Assembly: GCA_036785375.1 (NCBI GenBank)
Contig: JAWMAR010000247.1
Coordinates: forward strand, 1,302,001 to 1,366,000
Source of the DNA: Leucoraja ocellata
Lineage: Eukaryota
Direction: 5' to 3'
Length of the DNA stretch: 64,000 nucleotides
Positions 1 to 17,851 of this stretch are shown here, piece after piece. Within the stretch, counting starts at the first letter, position 1. Every line of letters starts with the position of its first letter. A model generated the notes under the pieces. The model searched no databases, was not told the DNA's origin, and was given only the letters and a program-made list of their open reading frames with translations. A program made the position numbers and the translations under genes.

Positions 1-1267
1 ACACACACATAGATTCAGGAATGCGTAAACAGGATTGGTTTGCATTTGGAAGCAGTATCTTTGAATATATTCAGACAGAATGTAGATTGGTTATTTTCTA
101 CTAGCCAATCGTAGTGCTTGTTAGTAGTTGCTCCGCCTAATATGCGTTTCATATTAACACGAGCTTGCCTACGCCATTCAGTATGAGTAGTTGCTAGGAA
201 CTGTAATGTCCTGCAGATCGATGCTGTAAGTAGATTTAATAAACATGTGTTTGACTCGACTCATTACATGGTGTCAGAGAGTGAGTCTTACCTACTCCGT
301 TCACGTTCATCGGGGGTTTTTTTTTGTTTTTATTCGTTTATGTGACGGTTATCTATCATAGCAAACTCGTCTCACCGCTTAAGTCCTCTGATCTTTGACT
401 CTGACATTCCTGAACGCTGGCATCTTTTCGAACGTGACTACACTCACTATGTTCGCATCATTCATCGCAACGACCCTCCTGATGTGCGTGCTTCTATATT
501 ACTCAACTTAGCTAGCCCAGAGGCAATGAATCGTGCCGACAATTTCACATTTGAGCCTGCCATTTTAGATGCTAATAGACAGGTCCTAGTGCCTGCAGAG
601 ACGATTGATGACCCTGCCGTCTTACTTGCAAAGGTCAGACAGTTGTGTGACCTGACCTCGAACTACATTATTGAACGTACCATGTTTTATGCTCGTATGC
701 AACAGATTGATGAACCGATTGAACGTTTTATCGGTGGCTTGAAACACATGGCGCCAGTTTTGTGATCTGGGCGATGAACTCATCCGTGACAAAATTGTTC
801 GAGGTATGCTTGATAGCAAGTTAAGGGATGAACTGCTCCGTAACACTGACCTGACCCATAATCAAGCCGAGCACGCCTGTCGGATTGCCGAGGTAACATC
901 TTCTCACACTAAGTCTGTGCCCTCCGGTCAGCGTTCGCAGTAAAGTGTCAATCTTACAGACACTTCCTCTTGTGACAGCCGCTCCCAGCCCTCCCCTGGC
1001 AGCAGAGAGGACCTGCTGTTCAATGTCAAAATTGCAACTATTTTCATGCTACAGGTCGACAGTACTGTATTGCTTATGGTAAAACCTGTCATTTCTGCAA
1101 GAAATTAAACCACTTAGCTACATGCTGCCGTTCCCGTGTGACTCAACCCGCTCCAAGGACAAGCCTGCACCTGTTACAACATGAGCTTGCTGATAACGAA
1201 TACCAAGAGCCTGAATTGCCATCCCCCGCTCAGCTCTCTCCTGGCGGGGAGGCAACTATTTCTCCTA

Positions 1268-1845
1268 GTCGCGTCCTCGCCCCCCACCTCGCGGCCTACC
1301 AGCTGGACCGGAGCGGCCTTTCCTGCCGGGGACCAGGAACCGGACCAGGGCTGCTACAGCGGCGGTGCAGTGCTGGAGTCACTGCGTCTTGGGCGATGCC
1401 TACCTGGGTCGTCGTTTGGAGCTCTGGAGCGTCGGGCCGCTGTTCCAACATTGTGGAGCTCTGGTGCGGAGAGCTTCCAACGCGGGCGGCGTTGAACAAC
1501 ATCGTGGAGTCCTGGGGCGACTTGCAGAGGGCCTACAGCAGCAGTCTCCACCCGGCGCGGACTGCGGACTTTGGAAGCCGCCGACTCCAGTAGGAGGGGG
1601 TCGACTGGTGTCCACGCCGCTGAGGACGTCCGGCAGCCCCGACGTCGGACTTGTATCACCCCGGCGAGCGGTCCTGGACATCGGGCCGCCCGTAGCTGCA
1701 ACTGCAGAGGGCTTGGGGAGGCCCTGACCATGAGGAACAGTGGAGGAAGAGACTGACTTTGGTGCCTTCCCACACAGTGGGAAACTTTGATTCTGCTGTG
1801 TGGGGATGTTTTATGTTAAATTCAATAGTGTGTGTTCTTTATACC
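1268..1845 (+). mobile_element. GC-rich non-autonomous repeat fragment nested in the Gypsy element
   Basis: Interrupts the gag-protease region. Carries GGTGCCTTCCCACACAGTGGGAAACTTTGATTCTGCTGTGTGGGGATG, also seen at ~62150-62200 (+) and ~31620-31670 (-). Boundaries approximate. Confidence 0.6.
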
Positions 1846-2467
1846 CTTTCTGGCTTAATCCCTCCCTTCACCACCTCCAGTTTAAATTCCAGTTGGAATA
1901 TTTTGGAGGACCCAAGAACCAAGAACGAGCAATTTGACCCTGAGCTAAACATGTTTGTGAATAACAGACCTTTGATCGCCAAGGTTGATACGGGCGCGAA
2001 ATGCAACGTCATCTCGTTATCAGAGTTTTAAAAAATTCGTAATGCTGAACATTTTTAAAAGGCCTCGGCCACGCTTCGGGCCTACGGGGATGTTCTACAC
2101 CCACTTGGACAAACTAATTAAAAATGCACCGTAGACACGCAGCCCCATACCCTGAAGTTTTATATCTTCAAGGGGGATTCAGAGACTTTGCTCGGTATCA
2201 ATGCATGCCACGATCTAGGCCTGGTATGCTTTAGCCGCGCTGTCCATCAACTTTTTCTCATTGACGGCCCCACTCAGCATGCACCCTCTCAATACAAAGA
2301 ACTGTTTAACAACGAGCTTGGCAAGTTGCCCCTCAAATACCACATTGTCGTTGATCCCAACATCACTCCTGTGGGCCGAGCACCACATAGTGTTCCGCAT
2401 GCCTTGCGTGACAGAGTACACAATGAACTCAAGCGGATGGTCTCCATGGGTGTTATAGCTGAAGTTA

Positions 2468-2953
2468 AGGGCCTGTCCCACCAGCATGCGATTGCATGCG
2501 TCTAGCGCGACCAAACGGAAGCGGAGTTTGCGCTAAGTTTGCTGTAAGTACGCGTAAAGTTCGCGCGTGACGTAATTTACGTCACACTCACCAATCAGCT
2601 GGGCAGGAGGCGGGCCGAATGAATTTGGACGTTGCACGACGTCGGGCGGTGACGTCAGCACGCAACGGTACGCCGGGCTGTGACGTCATCACTCAACGCC
2701 ACACGCTAGGCATACGCCGTCAAGACGCTGCGTACGCCCTCAATACGCCTGCGGGCCGACAGGCCGTTGGCGCACGGAATTTGTCGGACAGTGCAGGATT
2801 GTCGGAGTCCCGCGCGATGTCGGGACTAGCCCCGCACAACTCCATACACCTCCGCGGTTCGAAGTGGGACCGGCCCCACGCGACCGTACATCTCAAGCGA
2901 CCACGTTTGGACGCGCTAGATGCATGCAATCGCATGCTGGTGGGACAGGCCCT
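2468..2953. mobile_element. PIF/Harbinger-like palindromic MITE
   Basis: Long TIR AGGGCCTGTCCCACCAGCATGCGATTGCATGC.. / ..GCATGCAATCGCATGCTGGTGGGACAGGCCCT. TTA TSD at 2465-2467 and 2954-2956. Removing it restores the Gypsy RT frame EVTDPSDWVS. Confidence 0.9.
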
Positions 2954-5226
2954 TTACCGACCCATCTGACTGGGTTTCCACCATGGTGGTCGCAACGGGA
3001 AAAAAGGACATCCGTATCTGCATAAACCCCAGAGATCTTAACACTGCTATCAAACGTCCGTACTACCCTATGCGAACAGTAGAGGAAGTTGCTGCTCAAA
3101 TAGGCAACAGTGTTCTCCGTTCTGGATGTCAACAGCTCGTTTTGGCAGATTCCACTGAACCCAGGCTCGTCCAATCCTACTACGTTTAGCACCCCCTTCG
3201 GCCGCTACAAATTTCTGAGAATGCCCTTTGGCATCAACTCTGCCAGCAAAGTTTTCCAGCGCACGATGGAACAATTGTTTGCAGAGTATCCATGCACCAT
3301 CATTGTTGATGACATTCTCGTCTACGGAAGCGACCTGGCTGAACATAATGGCAATCTGAATAACACGAATGAAGACACGTTTTCTCAAGGGATGGTTTCA
3401 GACCAGACCCATTAAAAACTACAGCTATCACCGAAATGCCGGTTCCTACTGATGCTGTTTGGAAGTTCCTTGGAATGATCCTGGGGAAATTTATTCCCAA
3501 CCTCAGCGACATATCTGCCCCCCTGCAAGAACTGACACACAAAGATGATGAATGGTCCTGGTGTCCGCAGCACCAACGAGCTTTTGACACTCTCAAGTTG
3601 CAGCTCTCTGTACAGGACCAGTTCTCAGTAATGAAGATATCGTATGTTCTTACTGATTGTTTGAGCAGCCTAGCAGAACACACGGCTGCTAACGGGACTT
3701 TACAATTGCTGTCTGCAGTCCTCCGGCGTGGCTGGCCAGATAAACACAACACCCTGCTCACAATCCGCCCATACTTCCTGGTTCGCGACAAACTGGTGTT
3801 ACAGGATGGGATTATAGTTCAGGGCCACAAGGCAGTTGTCCCAGCTGTCCTTGGGGACAAGTACTTCAATGCCATCCACAGGGGCCACCCCGGCGTGGAG
3901 GCAATCCTACAATGGGCACAAAGCATTTTTTACTTGCCTGGTATGACCAAGTATATACGTGACAAAACCGAAGTCTGCGCTGTCTGTAAAAGCCTGACGC
4001 CACATCAGCATAAGCAGCCCTTACTGCTGCAACCGGCTCCTCTTCTCCCATGGCCCACATTAGCCACTGATATATTCGAATGGCACGGGAAACTATCTGG
4101 TTCTTGTTGACTCTTATTCAGGCTGGTTCGACATCGATTTACCCCAAAACATTACATCTGAAGCGGTTTTCGAGAAGTTGCAGCGTCACCTCTCCGTGCA
4201 CGGCTCACCAGCACGTATTCTGTCCGACAACGGCAGACAGTTCACCAGCCAATTTTTCAAACACTTTGCAAAACTATGGGACTTCCGACATATTACCAGC
4301 AGCCCTGAGTTCCCGCAGTCCAACGGACTCGCCGAACGAGCCGTCCAAACAGCAAAAACAACTAATGGAGCTGTCATATCTTGCAAAATCTAGACCAGCT
4401 CAACTTAGGGAACATTGCAAGGGATCCCATACTGGGTTCCCCAGCCCAACGACTGATGTCTCGCCAAACCCGTGCTCCCCTGCCTGTGTCCAAGCAGCTT
4501 TTGCAGCCACAAGTTTGTTCTCCGCCTGCGGTCCAGAAACTACAATTCAAACGCGATGCACAGAAACATTTTTTTTGACAAATCCAGTAAGCCACTTAAA
4601 CCTCTCACCAGTGGACAGGTGGTTCGCCTCCAGACCAGCGTTCTGTGACTCCATATCCAGATATCTCGCATTTTGTATACCCTCCCACTACCAGTCCTGT
4701 AGCTCCACTATCAGCGACCGTTTCCACCGCGGCCTCCCCGCGGCGTTTGGTGCCCAGCTTGCCTATCTCACCCCCTCCCCGCCCCATCGGGTCCCCGGTC
4801 ACATTCCCCCTTCCTCCCCGGTATCTTCCCCGATGAAAGGAGGTGAGGCGAATTCGTACCGCACACGTGCTGGACGGGTTAGCAGGCCACCCTTTAGATA
4901 CGGTGATTTTGTGTAACTATACAAACTTCGCCATCTGCGTTATTAACGTTCCGCTACCTATATTGCTTAGCCACCATGTTCCTATGTACTGATGCTTTCT
5001 TTTGTTTCTACAAGGAAAGATGGAGATTGATTATTTCCTTTAGCCAATCGTAGTGCTTGTTAGTGGAAAACTAAATGAACAGAAATGGAATGGAAAACCT
5101 GGTGTAATAATTATCTTGCTATTCATTTTACATATAGCCAATTGGATTTCAGCCATAGAAATTAACACTGGATGACCTGCAACAAGTAAAAGAACATATT
5201 GAAATGTTGCAATTTTTATTTGCTCA

Positions 5227-5690
<464 letters not shown>

Positions 5691-5830
5691 GGTATGGCAG
5701 GTACTAGGTTGACATAGGCAAGGGGGGGGGGGTGGGGAGTGTTAAGGGTTATGTCATAGAGTGATACAGTGTGGAAACAGGCCTTTCGGCCCAACTCACA
5801 CTGGCCAATAATGTCCCAGCTACATTAGTC

Positions 5831-6767
5831 CAGAGCTGCCAAGTTTTGTCAGAGCATTTCAGTATTCTAGTACCTGAAAATCAGTTTTTGCTGAGGAAAT
5901 CAGTATTTTTACGTGGTGCCACTTCGCTGAAAAAAGTTTTTTGATGTGCAGTCATACCAATGTAAGAGTACATAACTTTGCTACCAATTGACATGTCTTC
6001 TACGCACCTTACTTGGCAGTGCATTCATTGCCATCTCTTTGTATACTGCTGTTTGAGCAGGTGCTTCCTGCTTTTAGCACCAGATGATGATGTAGNNNNN
6101 NNNNNNNNNNNNNNNNNNNNNNNNNNNNNNNNNNNNNNNNNNNNNNNNNNNNNNNNNNNNNNNNNNNNNNNNNNNNNNNNNNNNNNNNNNNNNNNNNNNN
6201 NNNNNNNNNNNNNNNNNNNNNNNNTCACGCCTTCTCCCTCCACTCTCCATCCTCTCACTCTCTCCACCCCTCCCTCTTTCCCCCTTGAGCCCACCCAAAA
6301 TCAAGGCCAGTCCCAATGTAACTGCAATCCCACTGGTAACCTTTTACCACTAGGCTTATCCAGAATTCTACCACTGCCTGAAAAATAATCAACGGCTCAA
6401 CTACCACTGAGAAAAATAATTCCAATTCCTGAACAATCTATGTGACCCATAGAGCTGTGGCCATAGCACTATGTGTAAAGCCCATAGCGCTCCAACTGGT
6501 AGCGCTATTTTTAGAACCCATAGCATTGTAGCCGACAGCTCTTCGTTTAAATTCCCACGTGTTAAACTGACAGTGCTCCGTTTAAACCTGGAGCGGGACA
6601 GGCAGCCTGGAGAGAAGCAATGGGTGACGTTTCTGGTCGAAACCCTTCTTCAGACCGAACTGAACTCTGTATTACAAATCAATAACTAACAACACAAAAC
6701 CACACATCCGTATTCTAATCGCATTTCCGCACAAAATACGATAATTCCATACCACTTGGCAGCTCTG
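5831..6767. mobile_element. Non-autonomous TIR DNA transposon (hAT-like), inserted in a CR1 3' fragment; spans an assembly gap
   Basis: TIR CAGAGCTGCCAAGT / ACTTGGCAGCTCTG. Flanks ttagtc / ctagtc. CR1 tail sequence at 5750-5830 continues at 6768-6975. Confidence 0.7.
6096..6224. other. Assembly gap (129 N)
   Basis: Run of n in the sequence. Confidence 1.
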
Positions 6768-7120
6768 CTAGTCCACTTGCCTGCGCTTAGTCCCAGCCTC
6801 AACTACCTCCTCTAGCTGCTTGTTCCACACACCCACCACCCTTTGTGTTAAAAAGTTACCCCCGTGGATTCCTATTAAATCCTTCCCCCTTCACCTTGAA
6901 CCTATGTCCTCTGGACCCCTACTCTGGGCAAAAGACTGTGCATCTACCCAATTTATTCCTCTCATGGTTTTGTAGGACAGAAACACAATAATATCTATAT
7001 TGGGTTTATGAGCATTGCTTGGGATGCAGACTGAACCTAGTTTAGCCAAGCAAAACATAAAATTCTCCCTTTCATTGTGATTTACATCAGAGTGGTGCCG
7101 CCTTTTCCAAAAATTGCACA

Positions 7121-7199
7121 ACAATCCATTTTAAAATAAGGCTGTAACGTAACAAAATGTGGAAAAGTGAAGGGGTCTGAATACTTTCTGAATGCACTG
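7121..7199 (+). mobile_element. Tc1-like transposon terminal fragment
   Basis: AAATGTGGAAAAGTGAAGGGGTCTGAATACTTTCTGAATGCACTG followed by TA, a typical fish Tc1 TIR end. Confidence 0.7.
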
Positions 7200-7808
7200 T
7201 AAATCCTTGATTCTTCTTCCAGTAAATCAGTAATTTCAGTGCAGTATTCTCCCTCCTCCCACAAACTGTAAAATTGTCAATGTATACTGTAAATTAAGCA
7301 ATGCCTCAAATCTTTCATCCTCATTTTCAAATCCTTCCATGATTTGATCTCCTTCCAGCTCCACAGTCCCATTCGTATTCCTCCAGTTCTTTGCGAGCTA
7401 GCTGCGGAACTTTAAAATTCCCTTCCAAAACCCACAGCACCTGGTTTAGGATTCTCTCAATTATACCCTCAAGCTCCGGCATCAGCTTTAATTACTCTGC
7501 AGTTCAGTCTTAACATTTCTTGTTAAGTGCTTCATAAGATACTACACAAATACTAGTTAGTGATTTAACTAATGAGCAAAAGATAGACGATTCCCCATGA
7601 GTTATTCTTAACTAAGATTAGCCACCTGTCCAATGGTTCGAATTATTAAAATATTTTCCAAAATACACATTTTTATCGTACTTTCTAGCTCCATGACAGT
7701 TGCCCAAGTTACCATTCAGTAGTCTAAAACTGCAGCACATTAATTATCTGCTTAACGACAAGCTAGATGACTAAACTGACCACCAATCTGTGCTCATTTA
7801 TCACATCA

Positions 7809-11239
<3,431 letters not shown>

Positions 11240-11308
11240 CTTGGCTTCTTCTAAGCGACCAAGGGCTTTAAGGAGATTCCCTAGGTCACTACGAACACAA
11301 TACAAATC
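11240..11308 (-). CDS. OGT: OGT exon 4 ([23 protein letters not shown])
   Basis: Read manually (absent from the ORF track): cag|GATTTGTATTGTGTTCGTAGT..GAAGCCAAG|gtaagt, 69 nt. Confidence 0.97.
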
Positions 11309-11950
11309 CTGCAAGAGAACATCAATAGGTATGTTCATGATTCATTGAAGTGATTACCCAAGCCATTCTTAACTAATATTTCTTCTAAAACTCAACCAAA
11401 TCATTTAGGCATTTATTTCAATTCTTATTCTAATTTTCCATTGACTTTCAACCAATTTTCTGCCAATATGTCCTGTGTTCTGTCACCTAGAACCTCAATC
11501 TTTAAATATGTACAAATGTTTTATACATAAAATTATCCCGTACAGTGATCCTGGTTCCATATTTTCAAATACATCATTTAAACTAGGTTAGATCCAAACA
11601 CTAAATTATAAAACTGAATTAATAAATTAAATCAATACCCAAAACATCAATTTAACTATTCCCCCCACCCCCGAACAATATGGCTTAGTTATGAGATTTA
11701 ATTAAACATTTTATGCAATTGTCAAATGGCCTTGGCTCTACTCATTGTCTAATAATGCCGTTATTCCTTTGTGGATAGCATGAACAGCACAGATTTAAAA
11801 GTTACTAATTTGCTCAAATGCAATGACTTGCTATATCAAAACACAATGTTCCCTCTGAACAGTTTGATGTTCAAAATTGAATCTGCAAATTGAGACAATG
11901 CAACTAATCTGCTGGCCAAAGAAAATGATTAGGATGAAACATATTACATA

Positions 11951-13720
11951 CAGTGGCAATCCGACTTCTGGTCCCGATTTTTTATTTATTTATTTTTTTT
12001 TAATTTTAAATCGCAAGACAATTTAATAATTTGATTAAAATAAAATGCGACTTCTAATGCCCTCAACGCCTACAACGTGAAGGATCGCTAGAACGGGACA
12101 AAACAAAGGGTAAGTCGTCTATCTATCTATATATAAAACTGTGTGGCTGCCGGCTGGCTGTGTGTGTTTCTGCCTGACTTGTGGCTGCCAGCCTTTGATT
12201 CGTTGCTATGCCAACACCCGACCCAGAAACGCCCTGATTTTTTCCATTTCGGTAGAGATTTCACTTTTCATTTCAAGTATCCACTCCTCATTAAATTTCG
12301 TCGTGTTTATGTACACTTTTTTAATCAAATCCTTCTCCACCCCCCACTCACTCATTTTGTCACCTCCTGCTGGCCAGCGACCATAACGGCTGCTGGCGTC
12401 CGCATCTCGCCTCAAACAGCCGCACTGCTGATTCCTGAGCCGCTTGAGTTGGAGGACCACGTCTCCCGTGGGGGCTATGGGTACGAACGGCTGCGTTGGA
12501 GGAGCAGACCCAACGGGCACTTGGTCTAGTTTTACATATAAACTTGCTTCTTGGGATGGCTTTAATCTAATTTTATGTTGCAAAATTTGATTTGGGCCCC
12601 ATACGAACCGGCAATGATTTTCCTGCCGATATGGAGTTCAAATGCACTGCAAATGCAACGTTCCAATCGATTACGTTCCAGAAAAACCCATTCGCAAGAT
12701 GATTTAAATGCTCTTTTTTTTTGGATAATCATCTAGAGCATCTAAATCGTCTAGATTTTGTGTTATTGTCTACTCATAGTCAATATTTTAATACTAAATA
12801 TCAGTTTTAATCCCATGTATTGTGCAAAAAAAAAAAATTTGATTATATTGAGTGGATGTTTCTAGATTAATTTATGGGAATTAAACATCAAATTCCTTCC
12901 ATCAAGCATATGAAGTCATGACTGAGATATTAAAATTATGTTATATTGTGAATTCTTGTGTGAATGGGATTAGTTTGTTATTTGGATACTTAGGCTATTT
13001 TAAAAATATATCCTTTTCTTAAGAAATGGAATCTACAGGACATTGTTAATGGGAAAGTAGTGGGCAGAAAGGCAAAACTTGTAGTTTACAATGCCAAAAT
13101 TGAAAAGTTGAGGAAAAACAAGGTGTACAGAGTTGCTTAATGGTTACAATCTGAGGAGTATGATGATGCTACTGATTATGATATGCCAATGTACCAGCTA
13201 GCAACTGATCTTCTCCATAAAGACTTGGTCTATTGCTAGAAATTGTCATTTGTATCTGTTACGGACTTACAGCATATAATATAATAATATTAAAGTTCTG
13301 ATCTTGAGAATATCACATTTTTGAATTTTCAAGGCAGTCTGGATATTTATTATTATTTGTCACAAGTCAATTTTGTAAGTGACTACAATTAGGTAATTAA
13401 CTAATTATATGCTTTAATTTCAGGTTATCCAAGTAAGATGTTTGGTATTTGTTTCAGAATGCTTCAATCTACAATAACTGAAAATTTCGAGTTGTCTTAA
13501 TTTTTAATAAAGTTATGGGCTTTTGACTGTCCTCGATCACAGCTTTTGTGTTAAGTCAATGCAAAAGCAATAAGGAACAAAATGCTAATTACCGAGTATG
13601 AAAATGGCCATAACTTTTTTAATACTGAAGATATGAAAGTGAATTAGGTGTTAAATTAAACTTTTTATGCTTTATCTGATGGAATAAATTGCAGACTTGA
13701 TTTTTAAAATCTCAAAATGT
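11951..13720. mobile_element. AT-rich interspersed repeat (probable non-autonomous DNA transposon) containing a nested Helitron
   Basis: 12530-13030 aligns by eye with 63370-63860 (e.g. TTCCAATCGATTACGTTCCAGAAA; TGTTATATTGTGAATTCT). Ends not resolved. Confidence 0.5.
12122..12529 (+). mobile_element. Non-autonomous Helitron
   Basis: Starts TCTATCTATATAT, ends CCCAACGGGCACTTGGTCTAG|T, no TSD. Same termini as 26588-27808 and 54060-55826. Confidence 0.7.
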
Positions 13721-15236
13721 ATTCTGACACATCCTAAAATTGTGGCAGGTTATTCAGAATAAGTGGCTACACATTTAAGATGAAGACACCGTGTCATTAA
13801 ACGTAGAAATTTGCCACTCTAGACAAACGAGTGCGAGTCACTGAATGTATTCAATTCTGAGATTCATACATTTGGATATTATATTTAAATACAACTCAGC
13901 TTGACCTCTTGTCCATGCCTGCACCCCTGCATTTCACAATTTTTCATGCTCCTAGTTTGTATTCCCACTGTACAACCCCATTAACTGGATGAGTTCTATA
14001 ACAACCCCCAACCCAACCTCAATCTAGCTTCACCTACCTGCCTCCCAGCCACCCTCAACTTACTACGTTTATGTAAAATTTTCTCTTTTATTGTTTCGGG
14101 ATGATGCTCCTCAACATACCCATGACATGGAATCTTCAAAATGGAACAGTAACCGTTACTATTTCCACGAATGTTACCCAATCTGCTGGGTTTTCCTAGC
14201 TTTATCTTTATTCCTTCACATTTTCAGCATCTGTATTTTTATTGCCATAACTTATACTATCATTTCAAAATCATTTGCTACTATTGTTACTGGTAAGTAG
14301 TATATAGATGCCATTTGAGAAACGTGCATTTTCCCCAGAAAAATTCAAATTAACGTCACATTTTTGCCTTCCTATAAATGAAAGGGCATAAAATTTTGCT
14401 TCACTAGACGGACATACTTGACCACTGAAAACCATATTGTTAGGGGGTATCCTCCATTTCTAACTAGTGGAATGAATATGCATCAATTACTCCAGGATGG
14501 ACAAGCAGAAGTTTACCAAGTTGTTGTATTCAACTTCCATTAAAAGTGTAGAAGTTATCAAAATTCTCTGAATTCAATAGAGGTCCAAGGATCGGAAAAC
14601 TTAAATATAACCACTACTCAAGAAAGGGGGGGATACCAAGATAGGAACTACAGGGCAGTTAGTCACCTTGTGTCACAGTCATGGGAAAATGATGGGAATA
14701 TACTGCAGTCATAACAGGATATTTAGAATATATTTAGACAGTCAAACAGAATTAACAAGGTTTAATCAAAGCGTAGGAAAAACATAACATTGTTGGAATT
14801 TATTGAAAAGGTTGCTTTATTTATTGAATTTATTGAAAAGGTCATTGAAAAAGACTGAATGTCTAAAGACAGCCTGAGCCCAAACAACATTTGGAAATAA
14901 GAGAGAATATCTTAGTGATGCACAAGATTCTGAGTGGGTTTGGCAGGGTGGATACTGAGAAGGTGCTTCGCCTTGTTGGAGCATTCAAAACTAAAGGGTA
15001 ATCATTTCAAGAAACATTTCTTTTCCCATAGGGTTGTGAATGTGTAGATAGCTGTGGCGGCAGAATCACTGCCTATAATTAGTGTGAGGATTGACAGAAA
15101 TTTAAATACAAGAGAGTCATTGGGTGTCAGGAAATAGTGGGATAGCAGTGAGAGGTCAATACGAGAACAGCCATCTTCTTGAATGGCAGGGTAGGTTTGA
15201 GAGGCCAAATGTCCCATTTCTGTTTTTATTATGTTA

Positions 15237-15575
15237 CATTAGAAACATAGAAAATAGGTGCAGGAGTAGGCCATTCGGCCCTTCGAGCCTGCACTGCCAT
15301 TCAATATGATCATGGCTGATCATCCAACTCAGTATCCTGTTCCTGCCTTCTCTCCATACCCCCTGATCCCTTTAGCCACAAGGGCCACATCTAACTCCCT
15401 CTTAAATATAGCCAATGAACTGGCCTCAACTACCTTCTGCGGCAGAGAATTCCAGAGATTCACCACTCTACGTGTGAAAAAAGTTTTCCTCATCTTGGTC
15501 CTAAAAGATTTCCCCCTTATCCTTAAACTATGACCCCTTGTTCTGGACTTCCCCAACATCGGGAACAATGTTCTT
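15237..15575 (-). mobile_element. CR1-clade LINE 3' fragment
   Basis: Encodes LFPMLGKSRTRGHSLRIRGK..FFTRRVVNLWNSLP. Tail GGCTCGAAGGGCCGAATGGCCTACTCCTGCACCTATTTTCTATGTTTCTA. Confidence 0.9.
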
Positions 15576-15632
15576 GCCATATGTAGAATAAAATCTGCTT
15601 ATTCTGATACATCCTAAAATTGTGGCGGGTTA

Positions 15633-16019
<387 letters not shown>

Positions 16020-17416
16020 TCAAATGTAGTTTCTATGTTTGTCATCAAATTCAATGATTAATAACTTTATCTTAAAAGTGCAAAATAGCTAGCCTTAATT
16101 TGAGTACAGAAACTCTCATATACCAAGGAAATATTCCTGATCTTCCAATCTGCTTGCATGGAGGCCACTGTACCTATTTCTTAACCTTAACTCTTTAACC
16201 TTAACACTGCATTCTGCAATGTCTCCTTCCTCTTTTTGCACTGCCTGTTGCACTCACATTTGCCTGGATAACATGCATCTGAATCTCAGTACATGTGGCA
16301 ATAAACCACTACCAAATTACAAGTGATACTTGTGAAATAATTTTCTGCTACATTCCCAATAAGCGAGTTTGGTATTCCGACAGCACGTGCCCAGGTCATA
16401 GGTCACTCACGGTGCAGCCGGTGCAGGGGGGGGGGGGAGTCGCTGCCTCCGGCTCGGCCCCTCCGGCCTCACGCCTTGTCCAGTGGCTGTCGGTTCGCCC
16501 ACTCGGTGCCAGCGGGGACCAAGCACCAGTCATTGGCGGGGATGCATGCAGGGTGCTGTGGTGGCTCGGCGGGTCAGGCAATATCTCTGGAGAAGGGTCC
16601 CGACCTCAAACGTCACCCATTCCTTTTCTCCGGGGATGCTGCCTGTCCCGCTGAGTTGCTGCAGCATTTGTATTCCCATTGATGGCTTTCGCCAGCGCCG
16701 GGGAGGGGTTGACCAGCAGCCGTCAGGTGGAGCAGGGGGCGCGGCTGGCGGTCGCTGGCCTGTCAGGCAGCTGGTTCCTCGGGAGTTGGAGCGGGGCTGG
16801 CGCTTCTTCTCCATCGGTCCAGGGCTGTAGGTTGGCCCGGTGGGGCAGGCAGAGTTGAGCTGGGTTTGGCGCCTCTTCTCCGCGCTGGCTGTGGGCCTGG
16901 GGGCCGCTGCTGCTCTGGATCGGTGTCCCGTCGGTCCGGGGTCGCCCCAGACGTCTCAGGCCGCCCCCTGGGATGGGACACTCGGGGGGGAGGGGGGGGG
17001 GGAATGACGACGATGACAACACAGGGACGGGCGGATGATCCAGTGGCAGCGCTGGGGATCTGGGTTCGATCCTGGCTGCGGATGTGGCGCAGAACTGTAC
17101 ACACGCAGCAGCACAGCTGCCGAGAATGTCTCTCCATCGATCCAATCTCTCCCCGTCTCCCAGTCGCATCTACCCTCCTCTTGCTCGCTGTTACATCTGT
17201 TCTCCCGCTACCTGGCACCCCCGTTCCTCAGGTCAAATATATTTTTAGACATAAATTATCAATAAAGATAAGAATTTATAGAGTTTATACTGCCAGCGCT
17301 TCGTTCGCTTTTTCTTTATCGCAAATTACTTTTGACAAATCCCATGAATCCTAGCGAACTCACTTATTGAAAGGGCCCCGAAGAGCTTATGAAATAGATA
17401 TGCATTTTGCACATTA

Positions 17417-17635
<219 letters not shown>

Positions 17636-17851
17636 TTAAAGTGTGCGCACCTCTGAATTTGGGGGGGGGGGGGGGGGGGGGAAGAGAAAGGAGCAGTCAC
17701 ACAAGAAGCCACAACTTCAGACAAGCTGTTTCAGTAAATCAACAATACTGGGATTATCCTGACAATACAGTGCCTGGTCTGTCCGGTTCAGAAAAATTCA
17801 GTTGAATCCTATGTAGTCAATGCAGTCCTTTACATTTTAATGAGAAAATCA

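Larger units (their letters stand above)
81..5064 (+). mobile_element. Degenerate Gypsy/Ty3 LTR retrotransposon in OGT intron 6, antisense to OGT
   Basis: 5' LTR TGTAGATTGG..CATTACA (81-268) with AATAAA, then PBS TGGTGTCAGA (269-278, tRNA-Leu type). Gag zinc knuckle CHFCKKLNHLATCC (~1087-1128), protease KVDTGAKCNVIS, RT RMPFGI..IIVDDILVYG, integrase SDNGRQF..SSPEFPQSNGLAERAVQTAK. Purine tract AAGGAAAGA (5012-5020) precedes a partial 3' LTR (5021-5064). Many stops, frameshifts and deletions. Confidence 0.92.

Noticed and set aside
1138-1773. Overlapping ORFs in many frames (also 16295-17354, 18127-18968, 25170-27799, 31784-32951)
   Set aside because: GC-rich, stop-poor repeat interiors with no recognisable domains or splice structure.
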